64,000 nt of DNA. Origin: Nymphaea colorata. Lineage: Eukaryota. Numbering within the stretch: the stretch's first letter is position 1; each line of letters begins with the position of its first letter. A model generated the notes under the pieces. The model saw only the letters and a program-made list of their open reading frames with translations, made no database searches and had not been told where the DNA came from. The stretch is from NCBI RefSeq assembly GCF_008831285.2, contig NC_045138.2:13392001-13456000 (forward strand), in the 5' to 3' direction. The translations under genes and the position numbers were made by a program. This document shows, piece by piece, positions 1-11,000 of the stretch.

Positions 1-2760
1 TCCCGCGACGATCCTCCCAACTCCCGTCACCCCCAATAGAGCCCCAGTTACTCGATTCCCTATATATCTGGACGTCCTTCCACCCATCATCAGGTCTTTC
101 GATCGGCTAATTCATCAGCCCACCGAAGACAATAAACAACACAAAACCAGAGCAATCCGATGATCATGCGGCTGCGTCGATTCTTTAATTGTCCATGTCT
201 TGCATCAAAATTTGATAATGAACACTATTTATTTGTCACCACTATGTTGTTAAATTACCGCCGTTTCTTTTGTTGGTAGTTTTTCGTTAAAAATGTCACT
301 GCAACTGTACAACAAATGATCATTGAGGGAATGAAGCTCAAGAAGACGAGGGAGATGGTGGAACTGCGAGGGCCGGACGGGCAATGGTTTAAATCTCTGT
401 ACTTCTTTTGGGGAAAAGTTTGTTCCTTCTCTGATCTCTCTCTGTTCTTTGTTTTCCTTTGTTTGGGTGAATTTGGGGGAGAGTTGGCGCCGACACCTTT
501 TCTTCGGCAGCCCTGATCGTCAGCGTTTTGTTCCACAAAAAAGTTACTGTTATGCTCACTACTAGAAGTATGGAATCCAAAAACCGCCAGACAGCAATAT
601 CGTTATACCAGAAACAAATGGGGAAACGAAACTTCCCTGCTTCATTGATCGAAAATATGCTGGCATATCAGAGATGTAAATGCTTCGCATGGTTCCGTAT
701 ATCCTTTACCTCTTGGGGCTGAGGATAACTCTAAGCTGCGAAATAATACAGAAATTTAATTTGTTATTGGTGTTTCTCAGATCCTGCAAAATGTTGTTCC
801 CTTCTTTGAGCAGAAGGGCTTACATTCTTGGCACGTAAACAGTGGGAAAACAGGTGTTACTAATTTTGTCTGGACCATCTAGGAAGCTGCAGGAAGATGA
901 TAACAGAGCTAAAATAGTCTGACCATGAGAGTGCTGCTTCATTTACTTGCTTGAAAGCTGGCCGGAAAAGATGAGCAAGCGAATGATGGCTGACAATCGT
1001 CTGATACGAGACGAGGGATGCATGACGACAGCCATACAAACCAACAGAAAACTTAGTATTTCGTTCGATAAACTTATACAGAACTGAAGATAATACAGAG
1101 AGTTCATTTGTTCTCTAAACCTGGCATGCTTGAAGTTAAGGCCAAAGCAGCTTGCTGCAGCCTTGGCCCGATGAAGTTTATTGCCAGGCTTAAAGCAGAT
1201 TTATATATGTCTGTAAACTATATCGGACCCAAACAACATGTATTGAATTCATGTTTGGGGTACGATGGCATGGAGGGCGATGAGAGTGGGAGGGGTGATC
1301 TCCTAATGTGTCGAGTACCAACATCATCAAAATTAAGCAGTGATTAGAAATTATGATTAAAATGATGGTAAGATCATCAAAATTAAGCAGTGATTAGAAA
1401 TTATGATTGAAATGTTGGTAAGGGGGGTGGGGTTGGTGTCGGAGGGTCTTCCGAATGCATACACAGAGGTTGGTGAGACCCGTGGGGTTGGGTGTGGAAG
1501 CTGGAGAGATCCAAATGAAAGGTGTAGTTGTAGTGGTTGGTGGGACGTGACGCCACATTGTCCCTTTTGAAAATTCAACCTTCTACAGCACACACTGACA
1601 CGGGCGACCTGATGAGACCGACCCGATCCTGTGGGGTTTGTGGCTGCTGGGGAGGTGAGCGTCGCCATGGTCAATCGCTGTTTCCCTGTACCTTCCTTCC
1701 GCCATGTCCATCTTTAGTTTATAGTGTTGCTTTACTCTGTACATCGGGAGAAAAAGACCCCATTACGTTCTTTCTGAGAGCGCCCCCACACGCGGTCCCC
1801 ATGTTTGACTGCCCCTCTTTTTATTCATTTCTCTTTCTTCTTTTCCTTCTTCTGGGAGAAAACGGAGGAAATTTCGTTGATACCGGCCGGCGACGACAAG
1901 GCACCATCCAGAGTATACTTGTCATACAATTAAAAACTGTATTGTATACAACAAGATCTAGTACGCATCCTAATATATAGGAGCCGCCAAGCAGTTCCAT
2001 CCGGCGCGGTATATGATGGCCGATGAAATAGCTAGATAAGTTGCCCTAGCTTCCTTTGTTTTCCAAGTTTATGGATTCTATGTTCCAAGGGCCTTGGTGT
2101 CCACGAACGGCTGCATCCATGAATTGATATCCAGTACCCTTTGTAAGCAAGCCGGCGAACTCTTCCGTCAACAGGATGGTATTACACCACGCGATCCAGC
2201 AAGCAATTAACGGAGGGAGGTAGGAGATGAACGGGTGGTGCATCGATCTAGTGATCAGCAGGGTGGCCAGTGCTGGGTAGACGGTATTTCCTCTCTAATT
2301 CTCGTTCTTGTCACCGTCCTCCTCTCTCTTTCACCAACACTGGTTTCGCTTCGTTAGTTTGTCTAGCGTTTTCTTTTCCTTTCTCAGGCTTTTGCAGCTA
2401 CAAGGTGGTCGAGTGTTTAGTCGTTCACCCACTGCGTCACTGAATGTCATCAGTCGCACATGACATGGTTGCCACTAAAAGTTCCGGCTCCGGATGTATC
2501 CATGATGACTCGCACTTGCGTCCGTAAACACCTATTACTGATGCAAGGGTTAGTAACACTACGATGCGTCATCGACAAGCTATTAGCATTAATTTAAAAA
2601 AAAAAACGTCACTATTAACCGACTAGGGGAAATACATATACGCTTACGCAAAGATCCAGCACATACTCACAAGGTTAGGGAAGAAACAAAAAAAATTGGA
2701 CGACATGATCAGCTGGTTGCGTAAGCATCAAAACGAACACCAAGAACGGACAAGTTTGAC

Positions 2761-3444
2761 CTGGACTGTCTCTGACAGCGCTCCAAGAAGAACGAACTCA
2801 GTAGCATCACCTCCAGTGCTGACTAACTGCAAAATGAGAGATAACATTTCAAAGCTTGAAGGCATTAGTGCGTACATAATGGAACAAAAATAATAAAGAC
2901 CTCAAAATCTATGAAATCTATAATGAAGTTAGCAATGCATAGTTTGCACAGCAACAAGTCAGATACGTAGTAGCATCAGTGAATAAAAATCAACTTTTAT
3001 TAATGTCCTGCAATTTGAAAGGACCTATGACATTTTAGATAGACAAGAATTTAGTCATACACAATCCTACTGGCTTAAGGATCATAAGCACATCATTGAC
3101 ATACCTGCACTGCAAGAGGTTGGGTGGATACCTCTGCAATTAATCCTTCAATTCCCATGATAATCCACTTGGAGTCCGAGCTTGGATATGCTGAAGAAGT
3201 GCTTCCGAGAGCTTTTGGAAGTGAAGATATGAAAAAAGGAATATGATTTGAAAGCACAGAGTTTGAAGATATCACAAACGATTCAGAATCTGACAAACAA
3301 ACAAATTCATCAAATGCAGTCCACATACTTGTTGGTCCTATGCTTGTACAACGCGAAAAGCCTTATTCCACACTGTACTTCATTAGTGTCAAACTGAAAT
3401 AAGTCTGCAGTAGCAACTTCTTGCAAAGGAGAATATTCTGGGCC
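2761..3444 (-). pseudogene. Decayed multi-exon gene of unrecognised family (two clear exons; may extend ~2.0-4.3 kb)
   Basis: Exon 3444-3105 (taacag|GGC...CAG|gtatgt) reads GPEYSPLQEVATADLF..RLFALYKHRTNKYVDCI, then shifts +1 into DEFVCLSDSES..PLAVQ (340 nt = 113 codons + 1). Exon 2826-2761 (tttgcag|...CAG|gtcaaa, 66 nt) reads LVSTGGDATEFVLLGALSETVQ. Both exons are phase 0 with GT-AG boundaries. Confidence 0.5.
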
Positions 3445-5118
3445 CTGTTAATTGGGTAAAAAAAAAAGGAATATGAAGGCCGATTCGGCTTGTTCAGAAA
3501 ATTTTTGAGAAAAAAAAAAAAGAAAAAGAAAAGAAAAGCAAAATACTTAAAATTTTCTTCAAGCTTCAAATAGATTCAGTAAAAGACACATCCTAGTCGA
3601 AGTCTGCAACGATATGAATGGTAGTATTAATCATTCTATGCAGGAAATTGTTATTGGTGTTAATGGGCAAGGTGCAAGTGCAACCTAACCACGACCTAAA
3701 GCGAATCCATTAATAGCATAATTTAGTTTGCAGAAAGATTTCCAAATTAATATCTAGATTGATTTGAACTTACAATTTGTTTGATATTAAATCATATCAG
3801 GTAATAAGTTGCGAAATATTAGCAGACAAAAGTACGCACGACCCGAACTTGGTTAAAATTGAGAAACTAAGTGAAAAGACAAACAGATAATTTTAAAAAG
3901 ATTGCGTCCTGGAACGTGTCTCAAGAACATGTATATACGTTGGAGCTGCCAAAAACTAGTTAAGAGGTTAGACTCAATCACTCAAGTTCTTCGAGTTATG
4001 AGTCAAAAAAGGTGGAGAGTTCATTGCTTACGCTGCCCCACTCGTGGATTGGTGGGAGGAACTTTTTCTTCTTTTGAGCAGAATATTCGAGAGAAGGAAA
4101 GAGGTCGCTTTTTCGGCCGGTCATTTGTCGGCATCTTGCCCAGACTTTATAGATTTAGCTGCATTAACAACAGACCAATTAAGGCGCTTAGCCGCCCCTT
4201 AAGCAAGGACACAGATGTTACTGATCTGCTCATTCGTTCTCCAGCTCATGTCAAGCTGAAGCTTGAGAATCGGATGGTTTTCGAAAGTTGATGCAGGCAT
4301 CATAGTTATATCCTCGAGTCTGTTTCATGAACTCAAAAAAATTCGAGCGCACTAATCTAGCTGAGGCAAAATATATCCGTAATAAGTAGGCAGATCCAAT
4401 ACGACCCAGTATGGGACTAGGTTTGAGACTTCAAAGAAGGCCGCGATTGGTTGGTGGTCCTCCAATTTAGACGGTAACAACTAGGCTGGAAAAAGGTTTA
4501 CACATAGACTTACTGTCTATGGCACCCAGTGATTTGAAGTGCCTTTTTAGGTTGATTTTGAATAAAAAGCTGTGTCTTGGGAGATCCTCAGTTTAAATAG
4601 TAGCATGGAGATGAAAGGATGGTCTGATCTTAAATTTAAATTCATGGTACTAAGTACTAAGATCATAAGAAAAAGAGAAGGCTGGTTTGAGAGGTTTCGG
4701 TGTGCCATTAGTCAGGTCAGACAATGACGGCCAACCCTTCTGCAACCTTTCTGTCTATATACACCTGTAATCGCTCCTGACATGCACTCACTCTTTCAAA
4801 ACTCATTCACTTTTTGCCATTCAGCTGCGGCGTCGTCCTCTTTCTGTAGCTGCGTGATGTTGTCGTTCTGTCCTTCCACTCTCTTTCCACCCCTCTTATT
4901 TTGTTTTTTCTGTACGTTGTAGTGTATATTTCCTCTTTTGCTTCTGTCTTACGGTTTGTTACTGTAGCTAGGGGACTTGTCCCCAATTTTTGTATCTACG
5001 AGACTTCTTATCCCCAAACTTTAATATACATTCCCATTTTATCGGCACTCTCTCTCTCTCTCTATCTGAGTGTGTGTGTGTGTCCAGCACATCCTACTGG
5101 AGTTTCAAATTAAAATCT

Positions 5119-5677
5119 ATGCATTCAAGCAGGGCAGCTATCTTCTGGGTTCTCTTGTTATCTTCCCTCCTGCTATCTGTCGGCACCAGTGCTGTGCCTA
5201 CCACCACTGCGCCTTTCCCCTCGCGAAGGTACTGCTGGGGTCCGATTACTGTTCCCTCTCCATCTTTCTTTGTTATCTGCCCTTTCCCAATTTACTCATC
5301 GATCTTTACCTTTGATAGCCACTATATTGAAAGAGTTACTGTTTGTGTCCCCACTATCTCTGGAATTCAATTTTGGGGATTCAGGCAAGAAAGAGAGCCT
5401 AGAGCGGTTCATCCCACCACGAAGGAAGAAACTATATCTAAGGTCTCTCTCCCTCCCTTCCCTGTGTATGTCTGCGTGTGTGATGCATGTGGGTCAGCGG
5501 TCTAGTTTTAGATATTTATGCTCTTTTGTAATTGCTTGGTTTGCGCGGTTGATGGAGGATAAATGTGATGACATTGACGATGCTCATGAATGCTTGAAGA
5601 CGAGGATGAGGAGTGAAGCTCGCTTGGATTTTATATCTGTACGCAGGATGTTCGCCCATAAGTTTCGAGGCGTGTAG
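5119..5677 (+). pseudogene. PSK: Phytosulfokine precursor gene, damaged (probable pseudogene)
   Basis: Exon 5119-5228 encodes a signal peptide (MHSSRAAIFWVLLLSSLLLSVGTSA); exon 5385-5442; last exon from ~5549/5558 reads CDDIDDAHECLKTRMRSEARLD, matching the PSK C-x(n)-ECL-xRxxxEAHLD-YIYTQ pattern. TAT ATC TGT ACG CAG (YICTQ, 5632-5646) followed by DVRP* lies 2 nt out of frame. Confidence 0.75.
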
Positions 5678-6177
5678 AATTCCCACCAGGCAGCGTTGCT
5701 TGTCAAAGAGCATTGCCCATCTCCCTTTTGTACTGACGTTCCCCAATTCCGATAACTTTTTTGCTAAGCTCTTCTTCTTCTTCTCTCCATGTCCCGCCTT
5801 GTCCTTTTTCTTTTATTTTCTTCCTTTCCCTTCCGTTGGATGTTGAGTCCAACACTCGGTAATGCTTCGGCTTGGGTTCAGCAAGTAACCGTGAGACTCA
5901 GACCAGTAGCAATGCTCGGTGAAAAGAACGAATGGGCTAGAATTGATCTGATAAAAGCAGAACTCCTGTCCGCTCCGGGCCGATAGGGACGTCCTGTAAC
6001 AGCGTCCTGCCTGCTCTCTCGCCAGGGACCAGTGGGGATAGGCTGGCCTGGTGTCACGTCCTCTAGTACACATTTTTGTTTCGTCCTTGGACAACAAATC
6101 AACGTGGGGATTTGCGGGTGTCGTAACAAATTGGCCAGACTTGGAGCCATTTGTAGTTATTTATAATTTAGATATCC

Positions 6178-6180
<3 letters not shown>

Positions 6181-6210
<30 letters not shown>
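6181..6210. repeat. (AG)15 microsatellite
   Basis: Direct reading. Confidence 0.9.
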
Positions 6211-6216
<6 letters not shown>

Positions 6217-7474
6217 AAATTTCAAACTATATTGAAATATTTAAAAAAGTGTATTAGCCAGAAGGTATAGCCATCGTCTAATTGAAGGGAACGTCTTAGC
6301 AGCACAGTAAAAATGCCCCTAAGGCAAACCGTTTGGCCATTCACGAGCGGTGAAACCATTCTCGAAGCCCAGAGCTGCTTCAAGATTAAGCGATCTCACA
6401 TCAAGGGCCCCATCAGGCTTCTTCGGTCTGGGTCTGGCTGGACCCGAACCAGAGTTCAACTCAGGCTGAGTTTAGACCCGGTAAATTTTTTTTATTAATT
6501 TTAATTATATTTTTTTATATATATTTTGTTTACAAATACATATTTATTTAAATATTTTCATTAAAAATGAACCCGAGCCCCAGGCCTAGGTTGAGTTGGC
6601 CGTGCCTGGGCCCAGGCCGCCAAGGATCTTGCACATACCTCAAGTAGAAAGTAAATCACATTACCACTACCAGAGTCAACCTATGAAGAACAGATACCAG
6701 AAAATGTTCTATAAACCAATTCAGATAATTATCGTACATACAGCTCAATGTTAGAAAAATGGCACAAAGTCGACATGAATATCCGAACACCACAGCCGTT
6801 AGAAATCTTGGACCGAAGCAAAGTTATTGGTGCAGGTGCAGATGACTGATGCATGAGTTGCCGATATTTTTACGACGTGCAATTAAACAAAGTATCTAAC
6901 CAACAGGCAAGAGCTTGTCAGCTACCGATGCCAAAGACTGTCTTGACGCATACTCAAAAAAGCATAAGAAATCATGCGCAAGAAAGAGAAAGGATAAACA
7001 AGAACCTCTTGATAAATTTTTTTTTTATAAGCAGCTAGTGTAAAAAAGGAAAAAGGTAAAAAAGGGGAGACTAGCATCCCCTATCCAGGCACAAGATAAT
7101 TGAAAGCTATTAATACCATGGGCACAACCTGCAAAATTTACATCAGAAGTACCAACCTGTTTCCCCATTTGCACCTGCCATAGAAAGAATAACCTGGAAT
7201 TTTTCATGTATACATGTCATCTACTTGCCTGGTCCTGCATGCAGCAACCAAGGGTGAATCACAAAGAGGAAGAATATTATGCCGTCGAAGATGAAAGCAA
7301 TCACAAACCACAGACAGATTAAAGATGAGGAAAGAAATGACTCCTAAACGGAACGCTATTGCATGAGTGAAGCGGGTAACCTGACCAGACAGTTCCATGC
7401 TTACTTCAAGTCCAGACAGCTTGGCCTGATGACGACGACCTTACAATGTTCTACACAATTTAAGTACTGGCAAG

Positions 7475-7724
7475 CTAAGTCACAAGGGTGCGTGGCACAC
7501 CTGCGCCGGTGCGGCCCGACATGGCACACGACAAAATATGATAAGTTTTTCATTATTTTTCCTTCAATCTTTCCCTCTTCTTGTTTTCTCTTTTCTCTTT
7601 CTCCCCCTTTATTTTATTTAATAAAACTTTGAAGTTTGTATCAGATTAAGGCAACCTTGATAAACAAAAAAAAATAAAAATATAGACAAATAAAATTACT
7701 TATATAACAAATAAGATACATATG

Positions 7725-7762
<38 letters not shown>

Positions 7763-7792
7763 TCTCGCTCCACCCACACTCATGTGACATAG
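7475..7792. mobile_element. Non-autonomous hAT-type MITE (318 bp)
   Basis: TIRs CTAAGTCACAAGGGTG / reverse complement CTATGTCACATGAGTG. Exact 8-bp TSD CTGGCAAG at 7467-7474 and 7793-7800. AT-rich interior with (TA)n. Confidence 0.75.
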
Positions 7793-8098
7793 CTGGCAAG
7801 AAGACTGAGAATTCGTCAAGCTTTGAAGGGAGAAGCACTCAAGGCAAATACTCACGACTCCAAGATTCATGGAATTCACCTGTAGCCCAAGCCAGACTCA
7901 ATAAACAAAGAGACATTGGAAGAATATATAAACAGAAAAGTGTCAAGTGACTAAGATGGGCATAAAGCTCACGTTTTTGGAAATTAGTGAAGAAAAACAA
8001 ACTAAATACGCATTTATACTTGAGAGGAACCGAAAAATGGGCCTGACAAATAATCATTGATTATCGGGACAACTAATATTTTCGATTCGTAACCTAGT

Positions 8099-11000
8099 TT
8101 ACTGCTGCCCAAGTTCCTGGACATGACTAAAAAGAAAAAAAAGATCAAATTGCAAAAAGTACTTTTCCAAGAAATGAAAAAAAAAAAGAGTTACAGAACA
8201 AATGTGCAGATGCAGCGAGAAGATAAAACAATACTGACTCAAACCAGTTATGAAGCTATTAAAGAAATATAAGGTAAAGAAGGTTACCATATGACTAGTC
8301 TGAGGCGCCTTTAAGCTGTCAATGGTGCTTTCTGTGATGCAGTTGGCATGCACAATTAACTTCTGTAAGTTCTTGCCAGCAGAACCGTCAATGGTGCTTT
8401 CTGTGATGCAGTTGGCATGCACAATTAACTTCTGTAAGTTCTTGCCAGCAGAACCATCAGTAGGGAGAGTCATATATATTGCCCCTTTAAACATCCACTC
8501 GTCCCTCTTGTGACAATAAAAATCTTCAAACGGCTCCCCACATGATATACATATACTTTGGCTTTCATCAGCAGGAACCATTGGTTCAAGCAGCACCATT
8601 TCCTTTTCTGGGCTATGGATTGGGACAGAGGATGGACCAGAAGCCCCCTCAACCCAGTCCCTCCAACTAAGGTACCACATTCTTGATATTCTCTTACCTT
8701 TCTCAAGTTTAAGCTTACTTGAAGCATGCCAGTTAAGGTGTTTGCTAAGATTGTGTTCAAATTTGAATCGAAGGCCACACATACTGCATTGATGTGGAAG
8801 TTCATCAAATAGACCATTGATGACAGACAAGTGAAACCTCCGGATGATTGCCGGCTTAAACTCAATTCCAACTCTGCCCTTGATTTCAGTTGATGCATTT
8901 GAACGACCAGAAGGCATTGAACTAGACTCAGAAACAGAGAGCTCACCATCTGGAGGAGTAAAAGGAGAAACTGTTGAAGCCAAATTTGAGGTGGCAGCAC
9001 GGCCATCACTCTGGTCTTCAATCTGATTTGGCACCTGAACTGGAGTAGGCTTTGATAACTCTGGTGCTGATGTGGATATCAAACCTTTAGCAACTAAAGA
9101 GCTCAACAAACTCGAAAGCGGATTTTTTGCAACCTTTCCAGAACTTGAACTCTGTGAAGACACAGGCGGAGGACCAGGTGGCAATGGGGGCTGAGAAGTT
9201 CCAGAAAGAGGCAAGCACACAGCTGGCAATGCACCCAGTGGACCTGAACCTACAATAGATGTAGACAAAGATGCAGTGTGTGAGGATGCTGACAATTGAA
9301 CAGGTGGAGGTCCATTAGGCAGAGGGGGCTGTACATTTAAATGTAATTGTGATTGCCCAGCCTCAGGACAATTCGTGCTTGAGAAACCGGTAGGGCTTTT
9401 AGGCACATCGGTTGACAAAGCAGTCTGTGCAGGTAGCAAGCCACTCTTCAGAATAGCAGCCATTACCCTGTCTGCGCTTGATTCAGCTGGAAGGCCCCCA
9501 CAAGACTTCTTAAGGAGACCTGAACTAGAGTATCCTGTAGCTTGGAGTCCAAAACCTTGAGGTTGTGCTTGTGGCTGCCATGACTGCCTGGCTGTTTGAG
9601 ATGGTTCTGGTTGCACAACAGGAAGGTGCATTCCTTGCTGTGCTGGAGAAGATGCACCATGAGAATGCTGAAGAGGCTTCAATTGCTGGTGCAGTTGTGA
9701 GCGGCCTGACGTGTTAGCTTGAGTGAGATGTTGAGATATATAAGGAAGTTCCTTAATTCCTTGGACTTGTCGTGGAGTGGCTGACTGACTGACAGCATTT
9801 GAAGATTTTTTACCAGGAAGAAAGGAGGTTGCTTGCGCGTGATGCTCAGGCAAACCGTATGGCTGCTGGACCTCAGTATGAACACGATGAGATACTGAAG
9901 ATGGTGAGTGTGGGCGCTGGTGCAATGATGTAAGCATTGAAGGTGATGCAGGCCTCCTAGGTTGCTGCTGTCGACGCCCAGGAATTCCATCAAATGGGCC
10001 AACAAAGCTCGAAGGACCAACTGGCCCTGCTTGCCCTCCAACACCTGCTCTACCTATAGATGGAAGAGCCACATTTGAATGTAAATTACCACCTAAAGCA
10101 ACAGTGCACCCTTCTAGTTGACCTACATCACTGGAAGCTGTGCTTGAAGGATTTAAAGTATCTATGTTGAGTAACCTAGATGTGGTATGAAACTGGTTCA
10201 GTTTTTCTCGAGGAACTCTCCCTGTTTGATGAACAAAAGCTGCTTCTCCTTGGCCTACGGATGATGAATCCACGGATGCTTCACGATTATCCCTGGAGCC
10301 ACCATCTTTCTGGCTATAAGATTGTTGAACCTGCTCTTCAAGATTCTGCAGACGACAACCAAAAATTAAGCTCATGATTCATGTCACCATGTCAATTTTG
10401 CAAATGTAAATTCATATCATAGACAGGCAGAATGTGGTTTTGAGCCATGGCCTCACAGCTCGATTAGTACATTAACCAGAAGCCACAAAATGGGAAAAAA
10501 AATAATAATAATGGTTTACGAAGGGCTATAGGTGCTTGTCGATGCTGTAAACTTTTAAGATTTCCTAAAATTGTTAATTTGAAATGGAAACTAGAGCACC
10601 CGGGATGCATTTGAGGATGTGCCCAAGACTAACAAGGTAATTTGACAAGAGCATCTGAGAAACGTGGGACGAAATGAAAGCATTATGGACAACAGGCAAA
10701 ACAGTGAATTTTGCCTCTTATCTACAGATTTTTTTTTAATCAAAGATAAACAGCAAGGAACATTTCCAGCCATAAAGAAAACACAGGAAAAAAAAACACA
10801 AAGAGACAAAAACAAGCATGAAAGAATACCCTGTGTGAAGGAAATTGATCATCATCAGCTTCCATAGGCCTGCTGGATCGAGATAAATTACCAATTTGAC
10901 TCCAATTTGAATCCAAGTCTTCAGACCCTGTCTGGATCCATTTGTGCATCTGTACACTTGAAGGCTTTTCAAACAAATTGCTATTCCAGCCACCTTTCCG

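Noticed and set aside
6403..6630. GC-rich ends around an AT-rich core, MITE-like
   Set aside because: No convincing TIR pair or TSD could be defined
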